DNA of 64,000 bases, from NCBI GenBank assembly GCA_965223795.1, contig CBDCXL010000002.1, forward strand, positions 1,760,001-1,824,000. The letters are read 5' to 3'. The notes under the pieces were generated by a model, which worked only from the letters and a program-made list of their open reading frames with translations, was not told where the DNA came from and made no database searches. This document shows, piece by piece, positions 30,765-40,541 of the stretch; position 1 is the stretch's first letter; the number at the start of each line of letters is the position of its first letter. The translations under genes were made by a program, and so were the position numbers. This DNA comes from Nitrospinales bacterium (GTDB lineage Bacteria > Nitrospinota > Nitrospinia > Nitrospinales > VA-1).

Positions 30765-31853
30765 CTAAAGGTGGGACTGCATTTCCTCTGCGAGCGTTTT
30801 GTGTTCCTGGATGAGCGATGAAAGGTCCTGGACGCCCGCGCCCACGGGCGGCAGCGTTCGTTTGAGGGCGAGGATTTTTTCGGCGGCGGCCGCCACTTTT
30901 TCCTGCGGGATGCGGCCGGACTGGACATCCTGGATGAGGTTGTCCTGCAGCGCGCGGGTCTTATCCAGACTGTGGCAGATGAGAAACAGGTCGATGCCCG
31001 CTTCCACACCGAGCGAGGGAACCGCATCGAACGGCAGGGTGTCCTCGACCGCCTTCATTTCCAGATCGTCGGAGATGACGAGCCCCTCAAAACCGAGCTT
31101 TGTTCTCAGGACGTCATTCAGGATTGCCGGGGAAAAGGTGGCGGGCCGGGTTTCATCCCAGCACGGGTACACCACGTGCGCGGTCATGAGGACCGGCAGT
31201 CCCTTGCCGATGGCGGTCTTAAACGGTGCCAGCTCCACCGCTTCCAGCTCGGCGGGCGGTTTCGCCACGATGGGAAGCGTGAGGTGCGAATCCTGGTGCG
31301 TGTCGCCGTGGCCGGGAAAGTGCTTGCCCACAGCCAGGATGCCCGCTTGCTGAAACCCCTGCATGAACGCCACAGCGAGCCTGCCCGCCCATTGCGGGTC
31401 GTCGCTCAGGGCGCGCACGCCGATGATGGGGTTGTCCGGGTTCGTGTTGACGTCCAGGATGGGGGCGTAGTCCATGTTGACCCCCACCGCCGCCAGCTCT
31501 TTGCCCAGCGCCACCGCGAACCGGCGCGCCAGGGATTCGGAACGGGCCTTGCCGAGGCAGCAGGGGTGCGGAAAGTGGGTGAACGGCGCGCCCAGCCGCG
31601 ACACGCGGCCGCCTTCCTGGTCCACGGAAACGAACAGCGGCGCCTTGGGCGGGGTGGCGAGCGCCAGGGCCTGCATGTCGGCGATCAGCCGCGTCAACTG
31701 TTCGGGGGTCTCGAAGTTGCGCTCGAACAGGATCACCCCGCCGATGCGCCGCCCCTCGATCAGATCGCGGATGGAATCGTTGAGTTCGGTGCCCTCGAAT
31801 CCGGTCACCAGCATCTGGCCGGTCTGCTGTTTCAGTGTTTCCTGAGTGTCCAA
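30765..31853 (-). CDS. nagZ: beta-N-acetylhexosaminidase (GH3)
   Basis: GGVILFERN, VDQEGGRVSR, KHFPGHGDTHQDSH, MTAHV, SDDLEMKA. Confidence 0.93.
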   Translation of the reverse strand: MDTQETLKQQTGQMLVTGFEGTELNDSIRDLIEGRRIGGVILFERNFETPEQLTRLIADMQALALATPPKAPLFVSVDQEGGRVSRLGAPFTHFPHPCCLGKARSESLARRFAVALGKELAAVGVNMDYAPILDVNTNPDNPIIGVRALSDDPQWAGRLAVAFMQGFQQAGILAVGKHFPGHGDTHQDSHLTLPIVAKPPAELEAVELAPFKTAIGKGLPVLMTAHVVYPCWDETRPATFSPAILNDVLRTKLGFEGLVISDDLEMKAVEDTLPFDAVPSLGVEAGIDLFLICHSLDKTRALQDNLIQDVQSGRIPQEKVAAAAEKILALKRTLPPVGAGVQDLSSLIQEHKTLAEEMQSHL

Positions 31854-32190
31854 AGGGGAGGCTTCCTAAAAATGGGGGCGCGGATGCAGGCGGGAGCCAG
31901 GGAGATAAAATGTTTCGGGACCTTTGAGTTTGCGCGTATCATCTCGACGGATCGCGGTGAGGCCGCTGAATGCGAACAGGGACAGCCGGGTTGCGGAACC
32001 CGGTTTTCGGGTTTTTGGGGGCAAGGAGCCGGCGGTCTGTAAAGATCCTCGCATAGATCCGACACGGTATTTTGCATCGGGTTCGAGTGGACGCCTTCGG
32101 CCCTGTAAATTGATTTGCAGGGCATTGCCCGGTTTTGCGTCCCTATGGTAACATAACCGCATGGTTGGGAAATTTGCTTTTTTAAACTAA

Positions 32191-33444
32191 ATGATGTCTC
32201 GTCGAGTGGTGATCACCGGGATGGGGGCGATCAGCCCCAACGGTACCGGTCTGAAAGAATTCTGGGAAAACACGTGCCGGGGCAAAAGCGGGATCGACCG
32301 CATTTCCAGCTTCGATCCTGCGGGGCTGTCCTGCCAGATCGCGGGGGAGGTGACGGGATTCGATCCGGCGCACTATTACTCCAAAGCCGATCTGAAAAAA
32401 CTGCCGCGCGCGGTTCCGCTTGCCATCGCCGCTTCCAGGGAGGCGCTGGATCATTCCGGAATCGATTTGAATTCGTTTCAGGAAGAGGATTTTGAAAGCA
32501 TCGGTGTGATGGTCGGCAGCGGCGGCGCCGGTTTCGATTTTTCCGAAAAGCAGTTTGAGATCTACTACTCGGGGAAAAAGCACAAGATCAGCCCGTATGC
32601 GATTTCCAATTCGCTGGTGGGCATGCTGTCCAGCGAAATTTCCATGTATTTCGGGTTTCAGGGACGCTCGCACGTGCTCTCCAACGGCTGCACCAGCTCC
32701 ACCGACGCGATCGGCTACGCGTTCAACGCCATCCGCTCCGGTCAGGAGGACTGGTTTCTCACCGGCGGGGTGGAAGCCTGCGTGACTCCGGCGTTCATGT
32801 GCGGATTCGAAAGGATGAAAGCCAACCCGGTGCATTTCAACGACGACCCGACGCGCGGGTCGCGCCCGTTCAACCGCGACCGGGAAGGATTCGTTCTGGC
32901 CGAGGGCGGCTGGATGCTGATCCTTGAGGAACTCGAGCACGCCAAGCGGCGCGACGCGCCCATCTTCGCGGAGGTGTTGGGTTACGGCACCACCTGCGAC
33001 GCCTACCACCGGGTGGCGATCATGCCGGACGGAAAGCAATCGACCCGGGCGCTGAAGCTGGCGATGAAAGACGCCGGCGTCAACGAGGACGAGGTGGATT
33101 ACATCAATTTTCACGGCACCTCGACGATCATCAACGACAAGATCGAGACGCTGGCCGTCAAGCAGGCGTTCAACAGCCACGCTATGGACATCCCGGTCAG
33201 CTCCACCAAGTCCATGGTCGGGCATCCCCAGGGGGCGTCCGGAGCGCTGGGCGTCACGGTGACGGGGTTGTCGCTGCACCACGGGTTTCTGACCCCGACC
33301 ATCAATATGGAAAATCCGGACCCGGATTGCGATATGGATTACATCTCCAATGAGGGCAAGGAAAAGAAGATCCGCATCGGCATCAGCAACTGCATCTCCT
33401 TCGGGTCCAAGAATTCCGCGCTGGTGCTGAAAAAATTTCACTGA
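32191..33444 (+). CDS. fabF: beta-ketoacyl-ACP synthase II family
   Basis: RRVVITGMG, catalytic NGCTSS, FHGTST, KSMVGHPQGA, SRPFNRDREGFVLAEG. Confidence 0.82.
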   Translation: MMSRRVVITGMGAISPNGTGLKEFWENTCRGKSGIDRISSFDPAGLSCQIAGEVTGFDPAHYYSKADLKKLPRAVPLAIAASREALDHSGIDLNSFQEEDFESIGVMVGSGGAGFDFSEKQFEIYYSGKKHKISPYAISNSLVGMLSSEISMYFGFQGRSHVLSNGCTSSTDAIGYAFNAIRSGQEDWFLTGGVEACVTPAFMCGFERMKANPVHFNDDPTRGSRPFNRDREGFVLAEGGWMLILEELEHAKRRDAPIFAEVLGYGTTCDAYHRVAIMPDGKQSTRALKLAMKDAGVNEDEVDYINFHGTSTIINDKIETLAVKQAFNSHAMDIPVSSTKSMVGHPQGASGALGVTVTGLSLHHGFLTPTINMENPDPDCDMDYISNEGKEKKIRIGISNCISFGSKNSALVLKKFH

Positions 33445-33462
33445 GAGCCATGAAGGAGGCGC

Positions 33463-34074
33463 ATGCGAACACACGGCGGCAAAACGAAAGGCAGTCTCCT
33501 GGCAATGCTGGTGTGGGCTTTGGGATTTTCCGGCTGCAGCTCGCTGGTCGGAGTCGATGTGACGGTGGTGGATCAGAAAACGGCTCTGGAAAACCAGATT
33601 CTGGGCAGTTACGAAGAGCTGGGCAACGAGATGCTGCTGCTCGCTTCGGTGCGGTCGGTGGATGAAGACGGCAAACTGAAGACGGTGGCGGAAATTCCGC
33701 CCGGCAAGATGGAAGCGATCCGGGCGATGCAGCGCCAGGAGTTCAACCGCGACGACATTCAATCTTTCAAGCAATCCGGAATCGCCGGGGAGGGCAACGA
33801 GGGGCTTCTGGTTTTCTTCGAAACGGAAAAGACCCAAAGCGATCCCAAGTTCAAGACCTTCGCCCAGACGATCATGGAAGAGGAAAATGCGGACCGCCTG
33901 GCGATTTTAAAACGCACCGTGGCGACGAACGAGGCGTTCTCGGACGGGGATCTGCCCAAGGTGCAGAGGATTTTCGCGAGCCTCAACCGGGACAACGCCA
34001 ATCCCGGTGAAAAAATCCAGCTTGAAGACGGGCGCTGGATCGTGAAAGGTCAGCAGGCTAAAAAGGGACCCTGA
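33463..34074 (+). CDS. DUF1318/YdbL-like lipoprotein
   Basis: RBS AAGGAGG; lipobox FSGC; KTALENQILGSY, GEGNEGLL, EENADR, IQLEDGRW. Confidence 0.75.
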   Translation: MRTHGGKTKGSLLAMLVWALGFSGCSSLVGVDVTVVDQKTALENQILGSYEELGNEMLLLASVRSVDEDGKLKTVAEIPPGKMEAIRAMQRQEFNRDDIQSFKQSGIAGEGNEGLLVFFETEKTQSDPKFKTFAQTIMEEENADRLAILKRTVATNEAFSDGDLPKVQRIFASLNRDNANPGEKIQLEDGRWIVKGQQAKKGP

Positions 34075-34092
34075 TTCATCGGGACGACCGGT

Positions 34093-34344
34093 TCAACGAT
34101 AGGGCATTTCGTTGCCGTTCAATTGCCGGGCGATTTCCTGCTCGAACAGATTTTCCTTGCGGACAAATTCCTCGAATTCCCTCGGACTTTTGAATTCGAA
34201 CGAGCGCGGTTCTTTCTGGCCGCAGATCTCTTCATCCTGCTCGACGGTCAAGACGTTGTTTTCTACGGCCTTGATGACGAATTTTTTACGGGTATTGAGT
34301 TTTCCGAAAATTTCCCGATAAACAGGTTCCAGGTTCAATGCCAT
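34093..34344 (-). CDS. hypothetical protein (83 aa)
   Basis: ATG 34344 after GGAGA; charged protein-like composition. Confidence 0.7.
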   Translation of the reverse strand: MALNLEPVYREIFGKLNTRKKFVIKAVENNVLTVEQDEEICGQKEPRSFEFKSPREFEEFVRKENLFEQEIARQLNGNEMPYR

Positions 34345-34686
34345 GGCGATTCTCCAGTTCTTAAAGTGCAGACGGCGTATACAATGTTTCGAATGAATGA
34401 AAAAATTATATAATCCGGTCTCCACAAAATCAAATGAATTGCCTCACAGGAAAATAAGCGAAATTCGCGATTAAAAATAGTTAACACTTGCACTAATGTA
34501 TGCTAATCTACACGCGGTTCTTCGGAAGAGGGAGCACCCCCTCTTTCACCGCTTTCTCACGCTGGCGACCCCCAGACTGAGGGCTGCCCGAACCAAATCC
34601 AGGTCCATTTTCCCGCCGGGATCGAGTCGCTGAACTCGAATTAAACCCGACAACTCGAACGCTCCCGCTTTTCACTCGACCTCCCC

Positions 34687-36135
34687 ATGCCGCAAAGACA
34701 GACCCTGCAGACTTTGATCGATGACCTGATCCGGGAATCCCGCACTCCGTTCACGGCGGACGATCTCATGCAGCGCATTCAGAAGCGCTGGCGCCGGAAA
34801 ATCTCCGAAACCACGCTGGCGCAGCTGAAAGGCAAGCTGCCCGAGCACCACTACATCGTGGGAACCGATTCGGAGGATTTTCTTCCTTACCAGGCGGTGC
34901 TCGAGAAGATCGGCCACATCCCGCTGCTGGTCGATCTGGGCAAATTCGAATTGCAGCAGAAGATCTTCATTCCCGGACACCGGCTGATTCCCTTTCTGTC
35001 CAACGACCGCAAGGAAAAGGATCTGATGTTTCTGGACGCGGACGGCCACGAAATTCCACGGCTGAAACGGGCGTTCTGCATCGAGGAAGTCATCCATTTT
35101 TACCAGTACGCGGGCGAGCAGCATTTCCCCGGCGACATCGATGTCAACGAGTGGATGCCCGGGAAAAGCTCGGTGCTCACCTGGGTCTGGGACATGACCG
35201 CCTTTTTCAAATCGCACCGCCTCAAGGCGGGAGACGCGCTGCGCATCCAGCTGGTCGATTTCGATCAGGGTGTGTTTCAGATCGCGCCCTGTACCAGGCA
35301 GGATGTCCGCGCGGGACTTCTGCTCCGGCGGCGGCTGCACGTGGCGCTGGAGAGCATCCTTTCGCAATTGTGCCAGAGGGAGGAATTCACCAGCGCGTCC
35401 TTGCAGAAACAAATCATGCGGACGCTGTTTTCACTGGAAGAGGAATCGCTCGACATCCCGGCGTTTTCCCTGACGGATTTTCTCGAATCGCTCAAGGAAC
35501 TGACGGCGGTCAGCTCGGAAGGCGGTCAGGTGCAGTTGATCCCGACCTGGAAATCCGAACCGGTGGGCTTCGTCCGCGTCGACGCCGACCGGGTTCCCAA
35601 GGGCGAGAAAGGGTCGCTGGAGGAAATCTTCCAGGACCTGGGGCTCGCCTTTCACGAATGGGAGTTCATTTCCATTCTGTACACCGTGATGGCCTCGGAC
35701 AAATTCAAGATCGAGCTGGTGTTCAACCTGCTGTTCGGCGGCCAGGGCAAGCTGTTTCAGGACCGCAAACAGCACGATGCGTTCTACCAGCGTCTGCGGA
35801 AACTTCTGTATAAAATCTGTGAGGATCTCAAGCAGCCCGAGTCGCGCCTGGCGGCGGAGCTTCGGGACAAATGCGTGGAGGTCAAGCTCAGCCTGATCGG
35901 GATTCTGCGGTTTCTGGAAGAAAACGAGGTGGGTCTGGAAGACCTGCCGGCGGAAACGCTGAACCCGATCATCGATCTGGATTATTTCTGCACCGAGACC
36001 TTGAGGCGCTTTGCGGACCGGTCCGCTCCCCAGGATCTGAAATTCATCCGCGACGTGCGCCTGGCCTTAAAAATCGTCCTTCCCCATCTGGACCATCTGG
36101 AAGAAGAGGTCTACTTCCGCCTGGGGATTTTCTAA
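34687..36135 (+). CDS. hypothetical protein (482 aa)
   Basis: Long ORF with host-like codon usage; no motif recognised. Confidence 0.8.
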   Translation: MPQRQTLQTLIDDLIRESRTPFTADDLMQRIQKRWRRKISETTLAQLKGKLPEHHYIVGTDSEDFLPYQAVLEKIGHIPLLVDLGKFELQQKIFIPGHRLIPFLSNDRKEKDLMFLDADGHEIPRLKRAFCIEEVIHFYQYAGEQHFPGDIDVNEWMPGKSSVLTWVWDMTAFFKSHRLKAGDALRIQLVDFDQGVFQIAPCTRQDVRAGLLLRRRLHVALESILSQLCQREEFTSASLQKQIMRTLFSLEEESLDIPAFSLTDFLESLKELTAVSSEGGQVQLIPTWKSEPVGFVRVDADRVPKGEKGSLEEIFQDLGLAFHEWEFISILYTVMASDKFKIELVFNLLFGGQGKLFQDRKQHDAFYQRLRKLLYKICEDLKQPESRLAAELRDKCVEVKLSLIGILRFLEENEVGLEDLPAETLNPIIDLDYFCTETLRRFADRSAPQDLKFIRDVRLALKIVLPHLDHLEEEVYFRLGIF

Positions 36136-36396
36136 TACGAGAAACGGCCGCGGCAAGGTTCGCGCCCCCCTCCCATCCCTGCTTTCTGAAAGGAAAGGGG
36201 AATTTCAGCATCCGGTCGCGTCTGAATACCGGGAAAACCCATCACCCCGGCCTGCCGCGGCATTCGATTTGAATTGAAACCGTATCAGATCTCCGGCCTG
36301 CAACTGGAAGCGAGGGACCGCAACTCCTCCAGTGGCCCCTCGGAAAGGCCGCTTGGCTCACCCTGAGCGGGGCTTTTGCCGAAGGCCCGGAAACGT

Positions 36397-37746
36397 TCAC
36401 CCGTTCCGGAACGTCCCGGTGGCGACGCCTTTCAGTGAATGGCCGGAAACCGATTCCACCGCGACGCGGACCCGGTCTCCGGGACGTATGGATTCCGGGT
36501 CTCCGCGGAAATGGACGTTCCAGTACTGCGGGTTTCTGCCCTTCCAGTTGGCGCCGGCTTTGCGCGTCTCCCCTTCCACCAGCACTTCCACTTCATCGCC
36601 AAGATAGCGTTGCCCCAGCCTGTCCGTGAGCGCGTCCTGCAGCGTCATGGTTTTCCGGAGCCGTTCCTTTTTGACGTCATCGGGGACGTCGTCGGGAAAG
36701 TCCGCCGCAGGTGTGCCCGGCCGGGGGCTGTAGCAGAACATGAAGCTGCTGGAAAACTCCGCCCGCTGCATCAGGGCGAGGGTGTCCTCGAATTCGGCTT
36801 CGGTTTCTCCTGGAAACCCGACGATGATGTCGGTTGACAGCGCGACGTCGGGCACGGCGGCGCGCAGCGCCTCGATGAGATCCAGGTATTCCTCCACCGT
36901 GTTGCCGCGGCGCATGGCCTTTAAGATGCGGTTGTTTCCGCTCTGGGCGGGCAGGTGCAGGTGGTTCATCAGGATGTCGAGGTCCCGGTAGGCGTCGATC
37001 AGTTGCGGCGTGAAATCTCCGGGATAGCTGGTGGTGAACCGCAGCCGTTTAACTCCCGCTATCTCCGCGATCCGGTACAGCAGCTCATGAAAGGCGACCG
37101 GTTTTTCCAGACCGCGCTTGCCGTAGGCGTTGACGTTCTGCCCGAGCAGCACGATTTCCCTGGCCCCTTTCGCCACCCACTGGCGTACTTCCTCTAAAAT
37201 TTCCTCGGCTTCGCGCGATTTTTCGCGGCCGCGCGTGTACGGCACGACGCAGAACGAACAAAACTTGTCGCAGCCCTTGATGATGTTGACGAAAGCGCTG
37301 GGATGCACCGGTTTTACCGCCGCATCGCGCACTTCGGGGATGGAGTAGTTTTTCTTTTTGTCGAATTGAGTCCAGACCAGCGGTTTCCCGAATTCGCGCG
37401 CCGCATCCACTGCCTGGGGGATGTCCTCGATGTGGTCGGGGCCGAGGATGAAATCCAGAAAGGGAATGCGCTGGATCAGCCTTTCCCCTTCCTGCTGGGC
37501 GAGGCAGCCGGTGAGCCCGAAAATGAGGTCGGGATTGGCTTTTTTGAGCGGTTTCATGCCGCCGAACAGGGAGAAGATCTTCTGTTCCGCCTTGTCGCGG
37601 ATGGAGCAGGTGTTGACCAGGATGAGATCGGCGTTTTCCTTGTCCAGGGTCCGGGCGTACCCGGAATGGAACAGCAACAGCTCCATCCGGTCCGAATCGG
37701 CGACGTTCATCTGGCAGCCGTAGGTGTCCAAATACACTTGTTTCAT
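36397..37746 (-). CDS. miaB: tRNA-2-methylthio-N6-dimethylallyladenosine synthase
   Basis: TYGCQMNVADS, NTCSIRDKAEQK, radical SAM GCDKFCSFCVVPYTRG, DIIVGFPGET, TRAM domain. Confidence 0.97.
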   Translation of the reverse strand: MKQVYLDTYGCQMNVADSDRMELLLFHSGYARTLDKENADLILVNTCSIRDKAEQKIFSLFGGMKPLKKANPDLIFGLTGCLAQQEGERLIQRIPFLDFILGPDHIEDIPQAVDAAREFGKPLVWTQFDKKKNYSIPEVRDAAVKPVHPSAFVNIIKGCDKFCSFCVVPYTRGREKSREAEEILEEVRQWVAKGAREIVLLGQNVNAYGKRGLEKPVAFHELLYRIAEIAGVKRLRFTTSYPGDFTPQLIDAYRDLDILMNHLHLPAQSGNNRILKAMRRGNTVEEYLDLIEALRAAVPDVALSTDIIVGFPGETEAEFEDTLALMQRAEFSSSFMFCYSPRPGTPAADFPDDVPDDVKKERLRKTMTLQDALTDRLGQRYLGDEVEVLVEGETRKAGANWKGRNPQYWNVHFRGDPESIRPGDRVRVAVESVSGHSLKGVATGTFRNG

Positions 37747-37754
37747 AGGGTCAA

Positions 37755-37783
37755 ACTGTAAGCGAAACGGGGCCGCTTTGCAA
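37755..37783 (-). promoter_or_regulatory. sigma70-type promoter of miaB (near-leaderless)
   Basis: TTGCAA-17 nt-TACAGT, 8 nt to ATG, no SD. Confidence 0.6.
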
Positions 37784-37940
37784 CCGGGTTTTATCGGGCA
37801 ACAGTGCAGGGAAAAACCGGGCCGGGGACCCGGAAATCATTTTGTTTAAAGGCATTATCCGAGGTCTCCCGTCGTTTTGGAAACCCCGCCGCCGGCCTGC
37901 ATCCGGGAGCGCGCCGTGCCCAAATGGGTGCGAATCCCGC

Positions 37941-37970
37941 TTATTTAAATTTGTTTAAATTTATTAAAAA
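37941..37970. repeat. three phased 10-bp AT-rich repeats
   Basis: TTATTTAAAT TTGTTTAAAT TTATTAAAAA. Confidence 0.6.
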
Positions 37971-38014
37971 TAAATAAAGCATGGTATAATTTACATCTAA
38001 TAACAAAGACTTTA

Positions 38015-38043
38015 TTGACAAAAATTTAAACTTGGCCTAATCT
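38015..38043 (+). promoter_or_regulatory. sigma70-type promoter of the HTH gene
   Basis: TTGACA-17 nt-TAATCT. Confidence 0.65.
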
Positions 38044-38120
38044 AAAGTTATTCCGTAAAAAATAAAAAAATAATATCTCCTAACGGGTTCGAATCCATTT
38101 TTTTGAAGAGGAGCGGGATA

Positions 38121-38378
38121 GTGTCCAAGTCCAACAGTGTCAGGCAGATACGTGAATCGAAGATGATGAGCAAAGCTGAGCTGGCACGCAAAGCGAATGT
38201 GACGGTCCAAACCATCGACCGTATCGAAAAGGGGAATGATTGCCGCTTGGATACGAAAAGAAAAATCATTCTTGCTCTGGGATACAAACTGGCTGACCGT
38301 ACGTCGATCTTCTCGGAAAACTCCGAGAAAAAATCCCGGGCCAAAAAAAAGAGCCGGGTGAAAAAGAAAAAGCGATGA
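38121..38378 (+). CDS. small XRE-family HTH regulator upstream of pilM
   Basis: GTG after GAGGAG; VRQIRESKMMSKAELARKANVTVQTIDRIEKG...TKRKIILALG; Lys-rich tail. Confidence 0.85.
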   Translation: MSKSNSVRQIRESKMMSKAELARKANVTVQTIDRIEKGNDCRLDTKRKIILALGYKLADRTSIFSENSEKKSRAKKKSRVKKKKR

Positions 38379-38706
38379 GCCTTTAGGGCTTGCGCGGGCG
38401 GCCGTCAGGAGAAGGCGGTTGCAGCATGGATTTTCAAGAAGTTTGGTTGCGCCGTCGGCCGGACGGCTTCTTCCTGATCGCATTGACGATTTTTGTGAAT
38501 CCCTGATTATTCGGGATATCCCGTGAAAAGGGCATGATGAGCCCGAACAGGCTGAAAAAACATCAGCAAGGTATCGTTTGACGACACGGGAAACAGTGTG
38601 ATTTTTTGCTACCCGTGGCGAAAAAAATGTTCACTTTGCGGGGCCCTTGCCGGGCGTTTTTGTTAGAACTCTTTAAAATTCAATGATTTTTGGAGGGGTG
38701 TCGGTT

Positions 38707-38722
38707 TGGTATAGTGTTTGCT
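38707..38722 (+). promoter_or_regulatory. sigma54 promoter of pilMNOPQ
   Basis: TGGTATAGTGTTTGCT (GG-N10-GC). Confidence 0.7.
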
Positions 38723-38797
38723 CTTTGGAGGTGAACCCTCTGAACCAAGCACCGATCACCCAAAAACCACTTAGCTAAAAATATTTCAGGAATCGCG

Positions 38798-39868
38798 ATG
38801 TTCTTATCGGAAAAAACTCCCCTGGTCGCTTTGGATATCGGCACGTCTTCCATCAAAATGGCTCAGCTTGCCGGATCGGATAACAAATTTGAACTGCTGA
38901 ATTTCGGCGTCATGCCGCTTCAGGAAGAAGCCATCGTGGACGGTGTGGTGCGAAGGCAGGAAGAGGTCGTGGAAGCCCTGGAGAAGATGATCAAAAACGA
39001 GAAAATCGACACCCGTTTTGCGGTGGCGTCGATTTCCGGAGAGGCTGTGATCATCAAGAAAATCCGGGTTCCCCTGATGTCGGAAGCGGAACTGGCCGAG
39101 AGCATCTATCACGAAGCGGAGCAGTACATTCCGTTCGATATCGACGACGTCAGCATCGACTTTCAGCTTCTGGGTACGGACGAGGACATTGAGGAGGAGG
39201 ATGGCGAGCAGAAGATGGAGATCCTGCTGGTCGCGGTGCAGAAGGACATCATCGAAAGCCGCACGGAGCTTCTCTACGATGCGGGCCTGCGTCCCACCAT
39301 CATCGACCTGGATGTGTTCGCGATGGTCAACGCCTTCAGCCAGGGAAAGAATCTCGAGAACTCGGGCGATGTCGCCATCATCGATCTGGGAGAGTCGTTT
39401 TCCCACATCAATATATTGAAGGACGGCGTTTGTTCGTACACGCGGGACATCCCGTTCGGCGGCAGCCAGGCGACCAAGAAACTGATGACGAAATTCAAGG
39501 TTTCCAGCCAGCAGGCCACGGATCTTAAAAAAGGCAAGATGTCGGAAGAAGTCGAAAGCGATGAGGTTATTGAGATCATCGTGAAATCGTTCGAAAAAAT
39601 TCTCGATGAAGTGCAGAAGTCTTTTGAGTTTTTCAGCACGACTTCGAATTCCCAGGTGGAGCAGGTTTATCTGAGCGGCGGCGGGGCCTTGATCCCGGGA
39701 GCGGATGCGCTGTTTGCGCATCACCTCAACACGCCGGTGCACATCCTCAATCCGCTGGATGGAATCAAGATCAATAAGAGGAAGTTCGATCAGCAAACCA
39801 TTGACGAATTGGCTCCGATTTCTTCGGTGGCGATCGGTCTGGCAACCAGAAGGTTCGACTACAAATGA
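38798..39868 (+). CDS. pilM: type IV pilus assembly protein PilM
   Basis: ALDIGTSSIK, EAEQYIPFDIDDV, IIDLGES, YLSGGGA, AIGLATR. Confidence 0.95.
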   Translation: MFLSEKTPLVALDIGTSSIKMAQLAGSDNKFELLNFGVMPLQEEAIVDGVVRRQEEVVEALEKMIKNEKIDTRFAVASISGEAVIIKKIRVPLMSEAELAESIYHEAEQYIPFDIDDVSIDFQLLGTDEDIEEEDGEQKMEILLVAVQKDIIESRTELLYDAGLRPTIIDLDVFAMVNAFSQGKNLENSGDVAIIDLGESFSHINILKDGVCSYTRDIPFGGSQATKKLMTKFKVSSQQATDLKKGKMSEEVESDEVIEIIVKSFEKILDEVQKSFEFFSTTSNSQVEQVYLSGGGALIPGADALFAHHLNTPVHILNPLDGIKINKRKFDQQTIDELAPISSVAIGLATRRFDYK

Positions 39869-40539
39869 TTAAAATCAATTTACACGATTATCGGGAAGAG
39901 CTGCAACGGATCGTCATCCAGAAGCACGTGTGCATGGCGAGTGCGATCGTCATGCTGGCGCTTGCGGGGATCGGCACGATCTGGATGTACCAGGATTACC
40001 GGCTGACCAGCACCCAGATGGAAGTGGCGGCGCTGGATCAGAAAGTCGCGGCGCTGGAGGGCACCGTGCGGGTGGTCAAGTCCATGCAGGCCAAGCAGAA
40101 GCGGGTGGAAACCATTCTCACCGGAATCGAACAGCTCAGAACCAGCCAGATGCAGGCCACGGAAATCCTCGCCGACCTCAACCAGAGGCTGCCCGAAGAA
40201 ATCTGGCTGACCGGAATCAAGCAGAACCGGCGCTCCGACCTGCAGCGCAACAAGATCCCGACGATCTTCTTTGCGGACAGCAGCAGCGACAAGAAAAAGA
40301 AGAAAAAGAAGAAAAAGGAAAAGAACGCCGGCCAGGAAGCTCAGGAGTTCATCGTGATCACCGGGCAGGCGCTGGAAGACCAGGCCGTGGCCCGGTTTGT
40401 CGACCGGCTGGAAATGATTCCTTATTTCAAAATGGTGTTTCTGTACAAGACCGAACAGAAACAAATCGGCCAAACCAAAGTGCGTGAGTTTGAAATTTAC
40501 TGCTATATGCCGGACAACAACAAGAAGGCTCTGATCTGA
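39865..40539 (+). CDS. pilN: type IV pilus assembly protein PilN
   Basis: N-terminal MIKINL motif, TM, coiled coil, LPEEIWLT; overlaps pilM stop. Confidence 0.9.
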   Translation: MIKINLHDYREELQRIVIQKHVCMASAIVMLALAGIGTIWMYQDYRLTSTQMEVAALDQKVAALEGTVRVVKSMQAKQKRVETILTGIEQLRTSQMQATEILADLNQRLPEEIWLTGIKQNRRSDLQRNKIPTIFFADSSSDKKKKKKKKKEKNAGQEAQEFIVITGQALEDQAVARFVDRLEMIPYFKMVFLYKTEQKQIGQTKVREFEIYCYMPDNNKKALI

Positions 40540-40541
40540 TC

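Noticed and set aside
38085..38096. GGGTTCGAATCC, a tRNA T-arm-like motif (weaker copy near 37926)
   Set aside because: No acceptor, D or anticodon arms in the AT-rich flanks; not a tRNA and no att duplication seen
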